DNA of 64,000 nucleotides from Psychroserpens sp. (GCF_036960315.1 NZ_JBALVR010000005.1:137182-201181), one strand, 5' to 3'; shown: positions 37,629 through 48,590, counted from the stretch's first letter. Numbers and translations are program-made. Notes: a model not told the origin generated them from the letters alone.

Positions 37629-40600
37629 ATGAAGACAATATTTTTAAATTGTTCAAAAAACCTTAAGAAAAAGAACCTGTTTACTCTAGCACTTTTATTT
37701 TGCATGAGTATAGGTTTGGCTCAAATTTCGGTTTCAGGAAATGTAACTGATGATGCAACAAAACTGCCTATACCAGGAGTAAATGTAATTATTAAAGGGA
37801 CAGCTAGAGGTGTGGCAACCGATTTTGATGGTAATTTTTCTATTGAGGCTGCAAGAGGTGATATCCTTGTGATATCATATTTAGGCTATGTAACTAAGGA
37901 AATAGAGATAAAAGATGTAACAAATTTGATAATCACCTTAATTGAAGATACTAATACTTTAGATGAAGTTGTAGTAGTTGGATATGGTACTAAATCAAAA
38001 AGAAAGTTAATTTCTGCAGTCTCAATTGTCGATGAGAAAACATTAAAGAAATTACCTGTTGCTTCTGTAAGTAATGGGTTAGAAGGATTGGCTTCAGGTT
38101 TATTTGTAAGGCAAACCTCGGGTGAACCCGGTTTTAGTAATTCTTCCTTTGAAGTAAGAAATTTTGGTAATGCCTTGGTGATTGTTGATGGTGCTCCTGG
38201 AGATATAAATCAGTTAGATGCTAATGAAATCGAAAGTATTTCGGTATTAAAAGATGCAGCAGCAGCAGCTGTTTATGGAGTGCAAGGTGGTAATGGCGTC
38301 GTTTTAATTACTACAAAAAAAGGAAAAATAGGAAAGCCTAAACTAACGTATAGCAATCAATTCACTTATACGTCACTCACCTCATACCCCGGTTTTTTGA
38401 CTTCTGCACAATATGGTGAAGTTTTAAATGAAGGTTTAAGGAATTCGAATCAAGCACCTTTTTACACAGAAGAAGAAATTGAGTTATTTGGATCAGGTGC
38501 AGATCCTATTAATTATCCAAATACAGATTGGAAAAATTTAGTTATAAAAGATTGGGGCTTTCAGCAACGTCATAATTTAAACCTTACAGGCGGTACAGAA
38601 AAGATAAATTATTTTGTGTCAGCTGGTTATTTAGATCAAGGCTCTAATTATAATGCAGACGTGCTTTCTTATCAACAGTACAATTTGCGATCTAACATTA
38701 ATGCCAAGATTACTGATAATTTACAATTAACATTTAACCTTGGTGCTCGTAGAAAGTTAAATGAGGCACCAGCTTATTCAGCCTTTGATATTTTTAGAGA
38801 ATTAAGTAGAGCGCTTCCAACAGATTTAGCTTATTATCCGGATGGAACACCTGCAAAACCTAGCGTGAGTCCAAATCATATAGTAGAAGGAATAAAAGAT
38901 TTTAATGCTGGGTATTTTCGTAGAAGAAATAACAATTTCGATGCTAAAATATCTCTAAAATGGGATATTAATCAAGTAGAAGGCCTTAGTTTAAAAACAT
39001 ATGCCTCTCTTATTTATGATACTTCATTTCAAAAAGACTGGGGGAAAACTTACAACCTTTATACTCTAAATAGTCAAACAGGGGATTATGATGTATTCCG
39101 AGCAACTCCACCAGGAGCATTTAGTGAAACAGTTCTAGAAGAGGGGACAAGCTATAGCAATCAATATGTGTTGCAGGAGTCTATTAATTACGAGCGTACT
39201 TTTGGGGATCATAGTATTTCAGCATTAGCATTAATGGAAGTACAAAAAGCGCAAGGGGAAAATTTTAGTGGTAGACGTCAAGATTTCCAATCTACTTTAA
39301 TCGATCAACTTTTTGCAGGATCTCTTGAGAATCAAGGAGCTGATGGTGGTGAATATCGCGAAAATCGATTGGGTTTTGTTGGTAGATTTAGTTGGGATTA
39401 TCAGTCAAAATATTTTATAGAATCTACCTTAAGGTATGATGGTTCATCACGTTTTGCTCCAGGCAAAGAATGGGGATTGTTCCCGTCGATTTCATTAGGT
39501 TGGAGATTATCTGATGAAACGTTTTTTGAACCTTTAAAAAAGACTATTTCTGACTTCAAATTAAGAGCTTCAGTAGGTACGGCTGGTTTTGATGGCACTG
39601 CCGCTTACCAATGGTTAAGTGGTTTTAACTACAATCACTTCTTTTCAATCAATGATACAGCCATTCCGACAATTGATAATACCGCTCTAGCAAACGCAGA
39701 TCTTACATGGGAAACTAATACCACTTATGATGTAGGTTTCGATGCTTCTTTATTTAATAGAGAGCTCACAGTATCATTCGATTATTTCTTTAGAAAGAGA
39801 GAAGACGTTATCGCTAGAGCCACTTCAAGTGTACCAAGTACATTAGGTGTAGCAGTGGCAGATCAAAATCTATTCGAATTTTCAAACGAAGGTTTTGAAT
39901 TCTCATTAAATTATCAAAAACAATTGACTGATAATTTAAAAATAAATGCCTTATTAAATTTTTCAAAATCAAGAGAAAAAGCTGTGTTCATTGATGAAAC
40001 ACTTCAAGAGGACCCATTCATGGCCGAAAACTTAACCGTCACTGGTGGGTTTACAAATCTTAGAAGAGGTTATATTTCTGCAGGCCTGTTTCAAAGCCAA
40101 GACGAGATTGACCAATGGGCAGTACAAGACGGTAATGGAAATTCTACAATACAACCCGGTGATGTTAGGTATCGAGACCTAAACGAAGATGGTGTTATAG
40201 ATGTAAGAGATCAAAAAGTGTTTGGAGACGGCGATAAACCTGCTGTAAATTACTCTTTAAATCTAGGAGTTGAATACAAAAATTTTGCTTTATCTGTATT
40301 ACTAACTGGTGCTGCTGGTTATGATATTTACTTAGATGGTGAAGCTCAAAGTCCTCTTAGAAATGGCTTTAATGGTTACGATTACCAACTAGATTATTGG
40401 ACGCCTCAAAATACTAATGCAGCTTTTCCTAGAATTGCAGATGGTGGGTTTAACGATAACAATTACAGGCACTCTGATTTTTGGCTAAGGAAAGGAAATC
40501 ACTTAAGATTTAAGAATATTAACCTAAGTTATACTCTACCAAAATTTAAAACAAACCTAGGTTTTGATGAGATGACGGTCTTTGTAACTGGTTATAATCT

Positions 40601-40712
40601 ATTAGTAATTAAAGATTACGATGAGGATTTTGATCCTCAAAATACATCCTCTGTTGGATGGTATTATCCACAAACAAAATCCATAACATTTGGTGTTAAT
40701 GTATCACTTTAA
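37629..40712 (+). CDS. susC: SusC/RagA TonB-dependent transporter
   Basis: LDEVVVVGYGT, KDAAAAAVYGVQGGNGVVLITTKKG, LTWETN, YYPQTKSITFGVNVSL. Confidence 0.95.
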   Translation: MKTIFLNCSKNLKKKNLFTLALLFCMSIGLAQISVSGNVTDDATKLPIPGVNVIIKGTARGVATDFDGNFSIEAARGDILVISYLGYVTKEIEIKDVTNLIITLIEDTNTLDEVVVVGYGTKSKRKLISAVSIVDEKTLKKLPVASVSNGLEGLASGLFVRQTSGEPGFSNSSFEVRNFGNALVIVDGAPGDINQLDANEIESISVLKDAAAAAVYGVQGGNGVVLITTKKGKIGKPKLTYSNQFTYTSLTSYPGFLTSAQYGEVLNEGLRNSNQAPFYTEEEIELFGSGADPINYPNTDWKNLVIKDWGFQQRHNLNLTGGTEKINYFVSAGYLDQGSNYNADVLSYQQYNLRSNINAKITDNLQLTFNLGARRKLNEAPAYSAFDIFRELSRALPTDLAYYPDGTPAKPSVSPNHIVEGIKDFNAGYFRRRNNNFDAKISLKWDINQVEGLSLKTYASLIYDTSFQKDWGKTYNLYTLNSQTGDYDVFRATPPGAFSETVLEEGTSYSNQYVLQESINYERTFGDHSISALALMEVQKAQGENFSGRRQDFQSTLIDQLFAGSLENQGADGGEYRENRLGFVGRFSWDYQSKYFIESTLRYDGSSRFAPGKEWGLFPSISLGWRLSDETFFEPLKKTISDFKLRASVGTAGFDGTAAYQWLSGFNYNHFFSINDTAIPTIDNTALANADLTWETNTTYDVGFDASLFNRELTVSFDYFFRKREDVIARATSSVPSTLGVAVADQNLFEFSNEGFEFSLNYQKQLTDNLKINALLNFSKSREKAVFIDETLQEDPFMAENLTVTGGFTNLRRGYISAGLFQSQDEIDQWAVQDGNGNSTIQPGDVRYRDLNEDGVIDVRDQKVFGDGDKPAVNYSLNLGVEYKNFALSVLLTGAAGYDIYLDGEAQSPLRNGFNGYDYQLDYWTPQNTNAAFPRIADGGFNDNNYRHSDFWLRKGNHLRFKNINLSYTLPKFKTNLGFDEMTVFVTGYNLLVIKDYDEDFDPQNTSSVGWYYPQTKSITFGVNVSL

Positions 40713-40722
40713 AAAAACTACT

Positions 40723-42489
40723 ATGAAAAAAATAAAAATAATATTAACAGTACTCTTATTCTCATTCATTTCTTGTGAAGATGATTTTTTGAATCAACCA
40801 CCATTGGATCAAATAACTGAAAATGACGTATGGAGTGATAGAGACCTCATGGATACGTACTTATTTAAAATTTATGACAGAATGCCTTGGGATTATTTAG
40901 AAAGTTTTTGGGATGTTGGTGGTTCTCAAAGAGATGCTATATCAGATTTAGCGCGTGGCACATATTCATGGACAGGGTTACATAACCAATATAGACCAGG
41001 AATTTGGGGAACTGCTAATAATACTTGGCCATTAGATTGGTGGGGTTATGATGTGATTTGGAAAATTAATTATTCAATTGAAAATTTAGAACAAGCTCCA
41101 ACAAGTGTACTTACTGTTGAAGAACGCAACAACCGACTTGGTGAGATGCATTTTTTAAGAGCCTACTGTTATTTTGCTTTAGCAAAACGCTACGGAGGAG
41201 TACCAATTATACTAGTGCCTCAGAATCCAGATACGACACCACAAGACGAGTTATTTCCTTCTAGAAATACTGAAAAAGAAGTGTATGATCAAGTTTTATC
41301 TGATGCACAAACAGCGTTTGATTTGTTGCCAGACCGATGGTCTGCTCAAAAAGGACGAGCTCCAAAATGGGCTGCTAAATCTTTAGAATCTAGAGCGGCA
41401 TTATATGCAGGTAGTATTGCAAAATATGGTTCAGTACAACTAGATGGAGTGGTTGGTATTCCAGCTTCGAATGCAGATTCTTACTTCCAAATGTCTTTAA
41501 GTGCTTCACAAGCTGTAATTCTAGAAGGTGGATATTCAATGTTCAATCAATATACAGATCCAACAACTAATTATGCGAATTTATTTCTTGATGAAACGGA
41601 TGATGAAGCCATATTTACCAAAATTTGGATTCCTTTCGAAAAAGGACATGAGTATGATTTACATAATGTACCCTTTAGCTATAGACTAGACTGGGGAGCA
41701 AGTATGTCACCAACAAAACAGCTTGTAGATAGTTATGAAGTATTGAGTACTGGACTTTTGCCAAACGAAAGTGGTTCTGGTTATGATGAAAATAATCCTT
41801 GGGAAAACAGAGACCCACGTCTTAAAGGAACCATATTAACAAACAATGATATCTTTCAAGGTTTGCCTGTACAAATATGGTATGGAACTGAAACAGGTGG
41901 AAGTATTGATACTGGGAGCGGAACAGGTATTGGCAAAGATGGACTTGGTGTTCATCCTGATGCTACAAAAACTGGTTTTTATGTAAGAAAGTATTTAGAA
42001 GATGGAGCTAACCCGCTTTTCGTACCGCAATGGTATTCAGGTCAAGATTGCCTTATTTTCAGATTAGGAGAAATGTATTTAAATGGCGCAGAAGCTGCCA
42101 TTGAATTAGGAATGGAATCACCCGCAAGAGACTATATTGAAGTAATTCGAACTAGAGCTGGTTTAGTCGCTAATCTTCGATTAGAAACTTACTCAGGTGA
42201 TGCGTTGAAAGATAGAGTCCGTAATGAAAGAAAACTGGAGCTTGCCTTTGAAGATCATCGTTATTGGGATGTGAGAAGATGGCGAATCGCAACAGAAGCT
42301 TTAAGTATTCAGGTTGAAGGTGTGAGAACGCTAAGACATATAGATATGTTTGGGAACGAAACATTTACCTATGAAACTTTTGATGCAGAAGCATTACCTA
42401 TGAGTTTTTCCGAAAGACACTATTATTTACCAATAGGTCAAGATAGACGAAACAACAATGATAATCTTATAGAAAACCCAGGTTACTAA
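40723..42489 (+). CDS. susD: SusD/RagB glycan-binding lipoprotein
   Basis: Lipobox (FISC) from ATG 40723; GEMHFLRAYCYF, YGGVP, RLGEMYLNGAEA, ERKLELAFEDHRYWDVRRW, NPGY. Confidence 0.95.
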   Translation: MKKIKIILTVLLFSFISCEDDFLNQPPLDQITENDVWSDRDLMDTYLFKIYDRMPWDYLESFWDVGGSQRDAISDLARGTYSWTGLHNQYRPGIWGTANNTWPLDWWGYDVIWKINYSIENLEQAPTSVLTVEERNNRLGEMHFLRAYCYFALAKRYGGVPIILVPQNPDTTPQDELFPSRNTEKEVYDQVLSDAQTAFDLLPDRWSAQKGRAPKWAAKSLESRAALYAGSIAKYGSVQLDGVVGIPASNADSYFQMSLSASQAVILEGGYSMFNQYTDPTTNYANLFLDETDDEAIFTKIWIPFEKGHEYDLHNVPFSYRLDWGASMSPTKQLVDSYEVLSTGLLPNESGSGYDENNPWENRDPRLKGTILTNNDIFQGLPVQIWYGTETGGSIDTGSGTGIGKDGLGVHPDATKTGFYVRKYLEDGANPLFVPQWYSGQDCLIFRLGEMYLNGAEAAIELGMESPARDYIEVIRTRAGLVANLRLETYSGDALKDRVRNERKLELAFEDHRYWDVRRWRIATEALSIQVEGVRTLRHIDMFGNETFTYETFDAEALPMSFSERHYYLPIGQDRRNNNDNLIENPGY

Positions 42490-42602
42490 TGCGTAACTCC
42501 TAAAAAATAACACATGAAACGAGCATGTTAAAAATATTATTACTCAAGGGAGTGATAAATAGCGAACAGCATGTGACCTTAAAAAACAATAAATATTAAC
42601 AC

Positions 42603-44204
42603 ATGAAAACAATAAAATTTTTAAGTAGGATTTTAATGGTAGGAATTATTTTGATTTCTACTGGCTGTGCAAATGATGATGATTTTACAGTCCCTCCGCC
42701 TACCAGTGAGGATGCGGTATTTACTTTTATTTTAGACCCAGAAAATCCCAATAGAGTTATTTTCTCTGCAACACCAAGCAATGAGAATTGGTACACACAT
42801 TGGGACTTTGGTGATAACTCTTCTGCTGAAGGTTATGAAGCTACTAAGGTATATCTTAGTGCAGGAGATTATAATGTAAGATTTAAAATTTTTACAGAAG
42901 GAGGAGAAGCTGAGTTTATCCAAACTATAGTAATTAACCAAGATTTTGAAGGACCAAATATTTTGTTGAATGGAGAATTTAATGGTGGTGATGAGTGGAC
43001 TATTTTGCCAATTTCAGATGGTGTTGATGTAAACTTTACAGGTGATACAGCCGTTTGGACTGGCGGAAGCTTTGGACAAGAAGGAATTTATCAACCAGTG
43101 CATGTTGTAGCAAATGTGCCTTATCAAATTGATATGGAAGTATCAGGAAGCGGACTAACAGATTCTTGGTATGAAGTATATATTGGAGCGGAAACTCCAG
43201 TGCCAGGTCAAGATTATGCTGATGGTGGCATTCGTTTGGGGCTGAATACTTGGGATGGCTGTGGCAATGAACCTTTCGAGGGCTCGCTTACTGAAATTAG
43301 CTGTGTTGGCGAAGGTGGAGGATTGGTTGAATTCAATACTACAGGCACTGTATATTTTGTTATTAGAGGTGGTGGTGGTGATTATGGTACAGGTCTTTCT
43401 TTAGATAATGTTTCTTTGACACCATTGCTACCTGGTATTGAATATATGGCTCCTTTATTTCTTCCTATTCCTAACTTTACATTTGAAGTAACAGATCTTA
43501 CGGTAACATTTACAAATACATCAACTGATGCAACCTCTTATGCATGGGATTTTGGAGATGGAGTTGGTACTTCTACAGAAGAAAATCCAACATATACATA
43601 TGCTGAGGAAGGTATTTATCCTGTCAAACTTACCGCTACAAATAGTGATGGCTCTTCAGAACTTATAAGAAATGTAACATTTGCCCCTAACCTTATTGCA
43701 AATGGAGGTTTTGATGATAATTCGGCTTGGTCAATTATACAACATAATGGGTCTGGAAATGGAGTAGTTACTATATCTAGTGGAGTAGCTGTATTTGATG
43801 AAATTACTGATATACCATCTGGTTCTTGGGGTAATGAAGGACATGCCGGAATTAACCAAGCAGTAATAATTGATGAGGCTGGAGATTATCTTTTAGACAT
43901 GAATATAACTACTAATGGTATTAATGAACTATGGTTTGAAGTATGGGTTGGAACTGGAGCACCAGTTGAAGGGGCTGATTATAATGAAAGTAACGGTGCC
44001 ACAAGAGTATTAAATGTAAACTCTTGGGATTGTGGTAATACAGTAACATATTCAGGGTCCATGGCTGCAACAGGTTGTACTGGTGTTGATGGTACTATTA
44101 CTTTAGATGCTGATACCTATTACGTTGTTATAAGAAGCGGTGGTTTCACATTTGGTGATGGCGGTGTCATAATTGATAATGTTACAATGATAAAAACGAA
44201 TTAA
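42603..44204 (+). CDS. Surface glycan-binding lipoprotein (PKD - module - PKD - module)
   Basis: Lipobox (STGC); two PKD WDFGD motifs; two ~160-aa modules homologous to the N-terminal module of 36037..37530. Confidence 0.82.
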   Translation: MKTIKFLSRILMVGIILISTGCANDDDFTVPPPTSEDAVFTFILDPENPNRVIFSATPSNENWYTHWDFGDNSSAEGYEATKVYLSAGDYNVRFKIFTEGGEAEFIQTIVINQDFEGPNILLNGEFNGGDEWTILPISDGVDVNFTGDTAVWTGGSFGQEGIYQPVHVVANVPYQIDMEVSGSGLTDSWYEVYIGAETPVPGQDYADGGIRLGLNTWDGCGNEPFEGSLTEISCVGEGGGLVEFNTTGTVYFVIRGGGGDYGTGLSLDNVSLTPLLPGIEYMAPLFLPIPNFTFEVTDLTVTFTNTSTDATSYAWDFGDGVGTSTEENPTYTYAEEGIYPVKLTATNSDGSSELIRNVTFAPNLIANGGFDDNSAWSIIQHNGSGNGVVTISSGVAVFDEITDIPSGSWGNEGHAGINQAVIIDEAGDYLLDMNITTNGINELWFEVWVGTGAPVEGADYNESNGATRVLNVNSWDCGNTVTYSGSMAATGCTGVDGTITLDADTYYVVIRSGGFTFGDGGVIIDNVTMIKTN

Positions 44205-44270
44205 TAATATCCATTTGGATAGATGGTTAAGTGTTTTGATTTCAATTTTTGTTTTAGTTAGTCCTTATGA

Positions 44271-44302
44271 AGTTTTACTGGTCAATTTAGGCCAGTAGAG
44301 CT
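44271..44302 (+). terminator. Stem-loop after the susCD-SGBP block
   Basis: AGTTTTACTGGTC-AATTTA-GGCCAGTAGAGCT: 13-bp stem with 3 G-U pairs on the + strand. Confidence 0.55.
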
Positions 44303-44370
44303 CTGTAAATTTCAAGTAATCAATTCAAAACAAACCTTAACGGCATTTTACCTTTTTTTAAAAATAAACT

Positions 44371-47300
44371 ATGAAAAATTATATACTCCTTTTAGGATTT
44401 TTGATTATGACCTCTTTAGGTTGGAGTCAAGGTCTGCACACACAAGGAACACAAATAGTCAATGCAAATGACGAGGAAGTTCTTTTAAGAGGGTATGGTC
44501 CTGGTGGATGGCAAATCATGGAGGGTTATATGATGCAAACCTCTGGGTTTGCAGGTACTCAACATGAGATAAAAGAGAGGTTGGTTGATTTAATGGGAGA
44601 AACCAATACAGAAACATTTTTCTCCCAATGGAGAGAAAACCACTTTACCCAACGCGATGTAGATTCTTTAGCTGCTTGGGGATTCAATAGTATACGTATC
44701 CCTATGCACTATAATCTATTTACGCTTCCGATTCAGGAAGAACCTGTTGCGGGAGAAAACACATGGATAGAAACAGGTTTTGAATTGATAGACGATGTCT
44801 TAGCATGGGCAGCACCTCATGACATATATGTGATCTTAGATATGCATGCTACACCTGGTGGACAGGGTACTGCTTCAGCAGAAATTAACGACTATAATCC
44901 TTTATATCCATCGTTGTGGGAAAGTCAAGAAAATAGAGATAAGCTTGTAGCCTTATGGACCAGAATAGCAGATCGCTATAAAGATAATGAATGGATTGGT
45001 GGTTATGACCTTATCAATGAAACCCATTATGATTTACCAGGTAACACATTATTACGCGAAGTCTTTGAGGATATTACTGCAGGTATACGAAGTGTTGGTG
45101 ATAATCATATAATATATATCGAAGGTAACTCGTACGCCAATGATCACAGTGGTTTAACACCACCTTGGGATAGTAATATGGTTTACAGTTTTCATAAATA
45201 TTGGAACACAAATAACGTTAATGATTTAGATTGGATTTTACCATTAAGAGAGCAACAAAACGTTCCGCTTTGGATGGGAGAATCAGGAGAAAATTCTAAC
45301 ACTTGGTATACTGATGCTGTCTCTTTATTTGAAGACAATAACATTGGTTGGGCTTGGTGGGCCGTTCGTAAAATTGGTGGTTTAAATAGCCCTTACGATA
45401 TTGATCTTAATCCAGGTTATCAAGATATTTTAGATTACTGGCAAGGTAATGGACTGCAACCAACAGCTACAGAGGCTTTTAATAGTATGATGGAACTCGC
45501 AGACAATCTGTTGGTAGATAACAGTAGCTTTAGAAAGGACGTGCCTGATGCATTAATAAGACAAGTGCAAACCGATGAAACTATTCCTTATCATGGAACA
45601 CCATCAGCAATTCCTGGAGTGGTTCATATGTCGGATTTTGATTTAGGGAAAAATAATTTCGCCTATTACGATACTGTAGATGCTACCTATCATTTGTCGG
45701 GCGGTGATTTTCAAGCTTGGAACACCGGATGGTCTTACCGAAATGATGGTGTAGATATTGAAAAAAATACAGATAATGTAAATAGCAACGGATTTCATGT
45801 AGGTTGGGTTGAGCAAGGCGAGTGGATGAAATATACAATTGAGGTAGATGAAACGGCTGTATACAAAGCAAGTATAAGATTAGCTACAGAACAAACTGGA
45901 GGAGAATTCTTCCTTTCTATAGACGATCAAGAAGTAACGACCACACAAGTTGTGAGTGCAACAGGAGGATGGACACAATTTGCCACTTATGAAATTAATG
46001 ATATTATTCTTCCAGCAGGAGAACACGCTTTAAAATTGCATATTAATAATGGTATTCCTGCAAATTATAGTAGTATCGAATTTGAAAATACAGGAACATT
46101 AGATGCATTGGCACTAACCGCTTTAAATGGTAAAACTGGGGAAGATGAAAAATCTTTAGAGGTTACAATTAGTGAAGCTGTTTTGGCATCATCATTAAAC
46201 GCTACTGCAGATCAATTCACTGTTCTTATTAACGGTGAAGAAAAGACCGTTACATCTGTTACAGCAGACCCATTAAGAGATCGCTTGTTTATTCTTAACC
46301 TTGAAGATTTCTTTCTTTTAGGCGATGTAATAACGGTAAGTTATGCAGGAACTGCAATTCAATCAGAGTCTGGAAAAATTTTAAATACATTTACAGATTT
46401 AGTGATTAATAATATAGCTCCAGATCGTGTTATAATACCTGCTGTCATTCAAGTCGAAGATTTTGATGTTATGGTAGGCATGGGATTAGAAGATACTATT
46501 GATGAAGGTGGTGGTCAAAATTTAGGATTTACAGATGCTGGAGATTATGCCGACTATTCTATTTTCGTGCCTGCAACGGGTCTTTATGGAATTAAATTTA
46601 GAGTCGCAGGATTTAGCGAGGGACAGATTGGATTGTATTCTGTTGATAGCAATGATGTTGAAACAGAATTAATTGTTGTTAATACTGTTATTACAAATGG
46701 TTGGCAAACATGGGAAACGGTTATAGATAACTTAACTATTGAAGAAGGAGTTCATACTTTAAGAATGAAGGTTCTAGCAGGTGGATTTAATTTTAATTGG
46801 ATGGAGTTCGATTATCCTGATAGTGATGGAGATGGAGTTTTAGATGATGATGATCTTTGTCCAAATACACCAGAAGGAGCAGTGGTTGATCTAACAGGTT
46901 GTGCGGTTTTCAACTTATCACCAGAGAATTATGCGATAGCTGTATTTAGTGAAACATGTCGATCTGCAAATAATGGTAGTATTTCACTATCAGCATTAGA
47001 AAACTACAACTATACAATCAACCTTACAGGGGGAAATTATGCAGCAACTGAAATGTTTACTTCAGACATTAGTTTCGAAAATTTATCAGCGGGCACTTAT
47101 AATCTATGCATTACAATAGATGGACAGCCAAACTACGAGCAATGTTTTACAGTCATAGTGATTGAGCCAGATGAATTGAGTGTTAACTTAAATAGGATTG
47201 CCAACTCTTCAAGCCTAAACGTAACTGCAGACGGAGGAGAGGTTTACTATGTCACTTTAAATGGCGAGACATTCATTACGGATGAGAGTGAAATAGAGTT

Positions 47301-47628
47301 ACAACTATCTAATGGTATTAACGAGTTAAGTGTAAGGACAAATAAAGATTGTCAAGGAGTTTATGAGAAAACTATACTTGTAAATACTGAACCTTTAGTA
47401 TATCCTAATCCAATTCACAATACTTTATTTATTAATACAGGAGACATAAGTATGACTACAGTGCCTGTAGAAATCTATGATTTAGCAGGAAAACTAATAT
47501 TTTCTAAAACATTCAACGCAACCACGAATACATTGAGGGTTGATTTGTCAAACATAACAAGTGGCTTTTTCATTTTGAGAATAGTCACCACAGAAAAAAC
47601 ATATAATTATAAAATGGTAAAGCAATGA
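44371..47628 (+). CDS. Multimodular GH5 glucanase (GH5 + two CBM6-like modules + TSP3-like repeat + T9SS CTD)
   Basis: WGFNSIRIPMHY, DLINETH (acid/base), WMGESGEN (nucleophile); two GEWMKY/GDYADY CBM6-like units; DSDGDGVLDDDDLCPNTP; VYPNP CTD. Confidence 0.9.
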   Translation: MKNYILLLGFLIMTSLGWSQGLHTQGTQIVNANDEEVLLRGYGPGGWQIMEGYMMQTSGFAGTQHEIKERLVDLMGETNTETFFSQWRENHFTQRDVDSLAAWGFNSIRIPMHYNLFTLPIQEEPVAGENTWIETGFELIDDVLAWAAPHDIYVILDMHATPGGQGTASAEINDYNPLYPSLWESQENRDKLVALWTRIADRYKDNEWIGGYDLINETHYDLPGNTLLREVFEDITAGIRSVGDNHIIYIEGNSYANDHSGLTPPWDSNMVYSFHKYWNTNNVNDLDWILPLREQQNVPLWMGESGENSNTWYTDAVSLFEDNNIGWAWWAVRKIGGLNSPYDIDLNPGYQDILDYWQGNGLQPTATEAFNSMMELADNLLVDNSSFRKDVPDALIRQVQTDETIPYHGTPSAIPGVVHMSDFDLGKNNFAYYDTVDATYHLSGGDFQAWNTGWSYRNDGVDIEKNTDNVNSNGFHVGWVEQGEWMKYTIEVDETAVYKASIRLATEQTGGEFFLSIDDQEVTTTQVVSATGGWTQFATYEINDIILPAGEHALKLHINNGIPANYSSIEFENTGTLDALALTALNGKTGEDEKSLEVTISEAVLASSLNATADQFTVLINGEEKTVTSVTADPLRDRLFILNLEDFFLLGDVITVSYAGTAIQSESGKILNTFTDLVINNIAPDRVIIPAVIQVEDFDVMVGMGLEDTIDEGGGQNLGFTDAGDYADYSIFVPATGLYGIKFRVAGFSEGQIGLYSVDSNDVETELIVVNTVITNGWQTWETVIDNLTIEEGVHTLRMKVLAGGFNFNWMEFDYPDSDGDGVLDDDDLCPNTPEGAVVDLTGCAVFNLSPENYAIAVFSETCRSANNGSISLSALENYNYTINLTGGNYAATEMFTSDISFENLSAGTYNLCITIDGQPNYEQCFTVIVIEPDELSVNLNRIANSSSLNVTADGGEVYYVTLNGETFITDESEIELQLSNGINELSVRTNKDCQGVYEKTILVNTEPLVYPNPIHNTLFINTGDISMTTVPVEIYDLAGKLIFSKTFNATTNTLRVDLSNITSGFFILRIVTTEKTYNYKMVKQ

Positions 47629-48326
47629 ATAGGTTCAAAAAAATAATTCCGATATGCTTATTTTTAATAATCATTGTTGCTTCTTGTAGCAGTGATGAAG
47701 GAGAAGGAGAAGTAAATACTGTAGATCCTCCAACAGCAGCAACACTTATATTTCCTGAAAATAATACCGAATGTAATGAAGGTATTGTAATTTCTGATAC
47801 TGAAACAGATGTGTTATTTCAATGGGAAGAAGCAACTAATGCTAGTTCTTATGAATTGCAGATTACAGATTTAAATGATGGGACTTCAAGAAACATAAGT
47901 ACACTTTCAAATGAATTTTTGATACGCATTTTAAGAGGTACACCATATTCTTGGTCAGTAAAATCTTTAGCTAGCGGTACTACCGAAACAGCTGAAAGTG
48001 CAGTTTGGAAATTCTATAATGCTGGTCTTCCTGAAGAAAGCCATCCGCCATTTCCGGCAGATGCTGTTAGCCCTCAATCTGGTGCGAGTGTCAATGAAGG
48101 TGTAGTTAATTTACAGTGGGAGGCGTCAGATGTTGACAATGATATAGCATCTTATACAATATATTTTGATACATCAAATCCACCAACTACAGAGGCAGGA
48201 AATACAAGTACTACTAACACAAATGTAACTGTAATGTCTGGACAAGTTTATTATTGGAAAGTCGTAACAACAGATGAGATTGGTAATGCGTCTAACTCGC
48301 AAATTTTTCAATTTGGAGTGAACTAG
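47625..48326 (+). CDS. Lipoprotein with two fibronectin-III-like domains (PUL accessory)
   Basis: Lipobox (VASC); LFQWEEA...YSWSV and LQWEASDVD...YYWKVV repeats. Confidence 0.75.
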   Translation: MNRFKKIIPICLFLIIIVASCSSDEGEGEVNTVDPPTAATLIFPENNTECNEGIVISDTETDVLFQWEEATNASSYELQITDLNDGTSRNISTLSNEFLIRILRGTPYSWSVKSLASGTTETAESAVWKFYNAGLPEESHPPFPADAVSPQSGASVNEGVVNLQWEASDVDNDIASYTIYFDTSNPPTTEAGNTSTTNTNVTVMSGQVYYWKVVTTDEIGNASNSQIFQFGVN

Positions 48327-48386
48327 ATATAGCTAAGGGTCTATTTAAAGCAAAAATGGCTTAAGCAATTCAACTAAGCAGATAAA

Positions 48387-48590
48387 ATGATAACACTTAA
48401 ACAACGAGTGATAGAATATCTGGAAGCGCAACGACCCTATTATGGAGATGAAGAAGTTGAAGATAGTTTAGAAGTTTTAGTAACACAAAACGATGACTTG
48501 TCAAACATGGGTCTATTAAGCAAAGGATTAATTTTAAGACTCATTGATGACTATGAGTTGTACTCAACTATTGAATCTGCTAGTAATTAA
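48387..48590 (+). CDS. Small acidic hypothetical protein
   Basis: 67-aa ORF with AT-rich leader filling the gap, co-oriented with the PUL. Confidence 0.5.
   Translation: MITLKQRVIEYLEAQRPYYGDEEVEDSLEVLVTQNDDLSNMGLLSKGLILRLIDDYELYSTIESASN

Noticed and set aside
38255-38272. (GCA)n run in susC
   Set aside because: Encodes the conserved KDAAAAAVYG motif; not a phase-variable tract.
42500-42580. Possible structured RNA between susD and the SGBP gene (CACATG...CATGTG; ATTACTC/GAGTGAT)
   Set aside because: Stems are short and no known RNA family was recognised.
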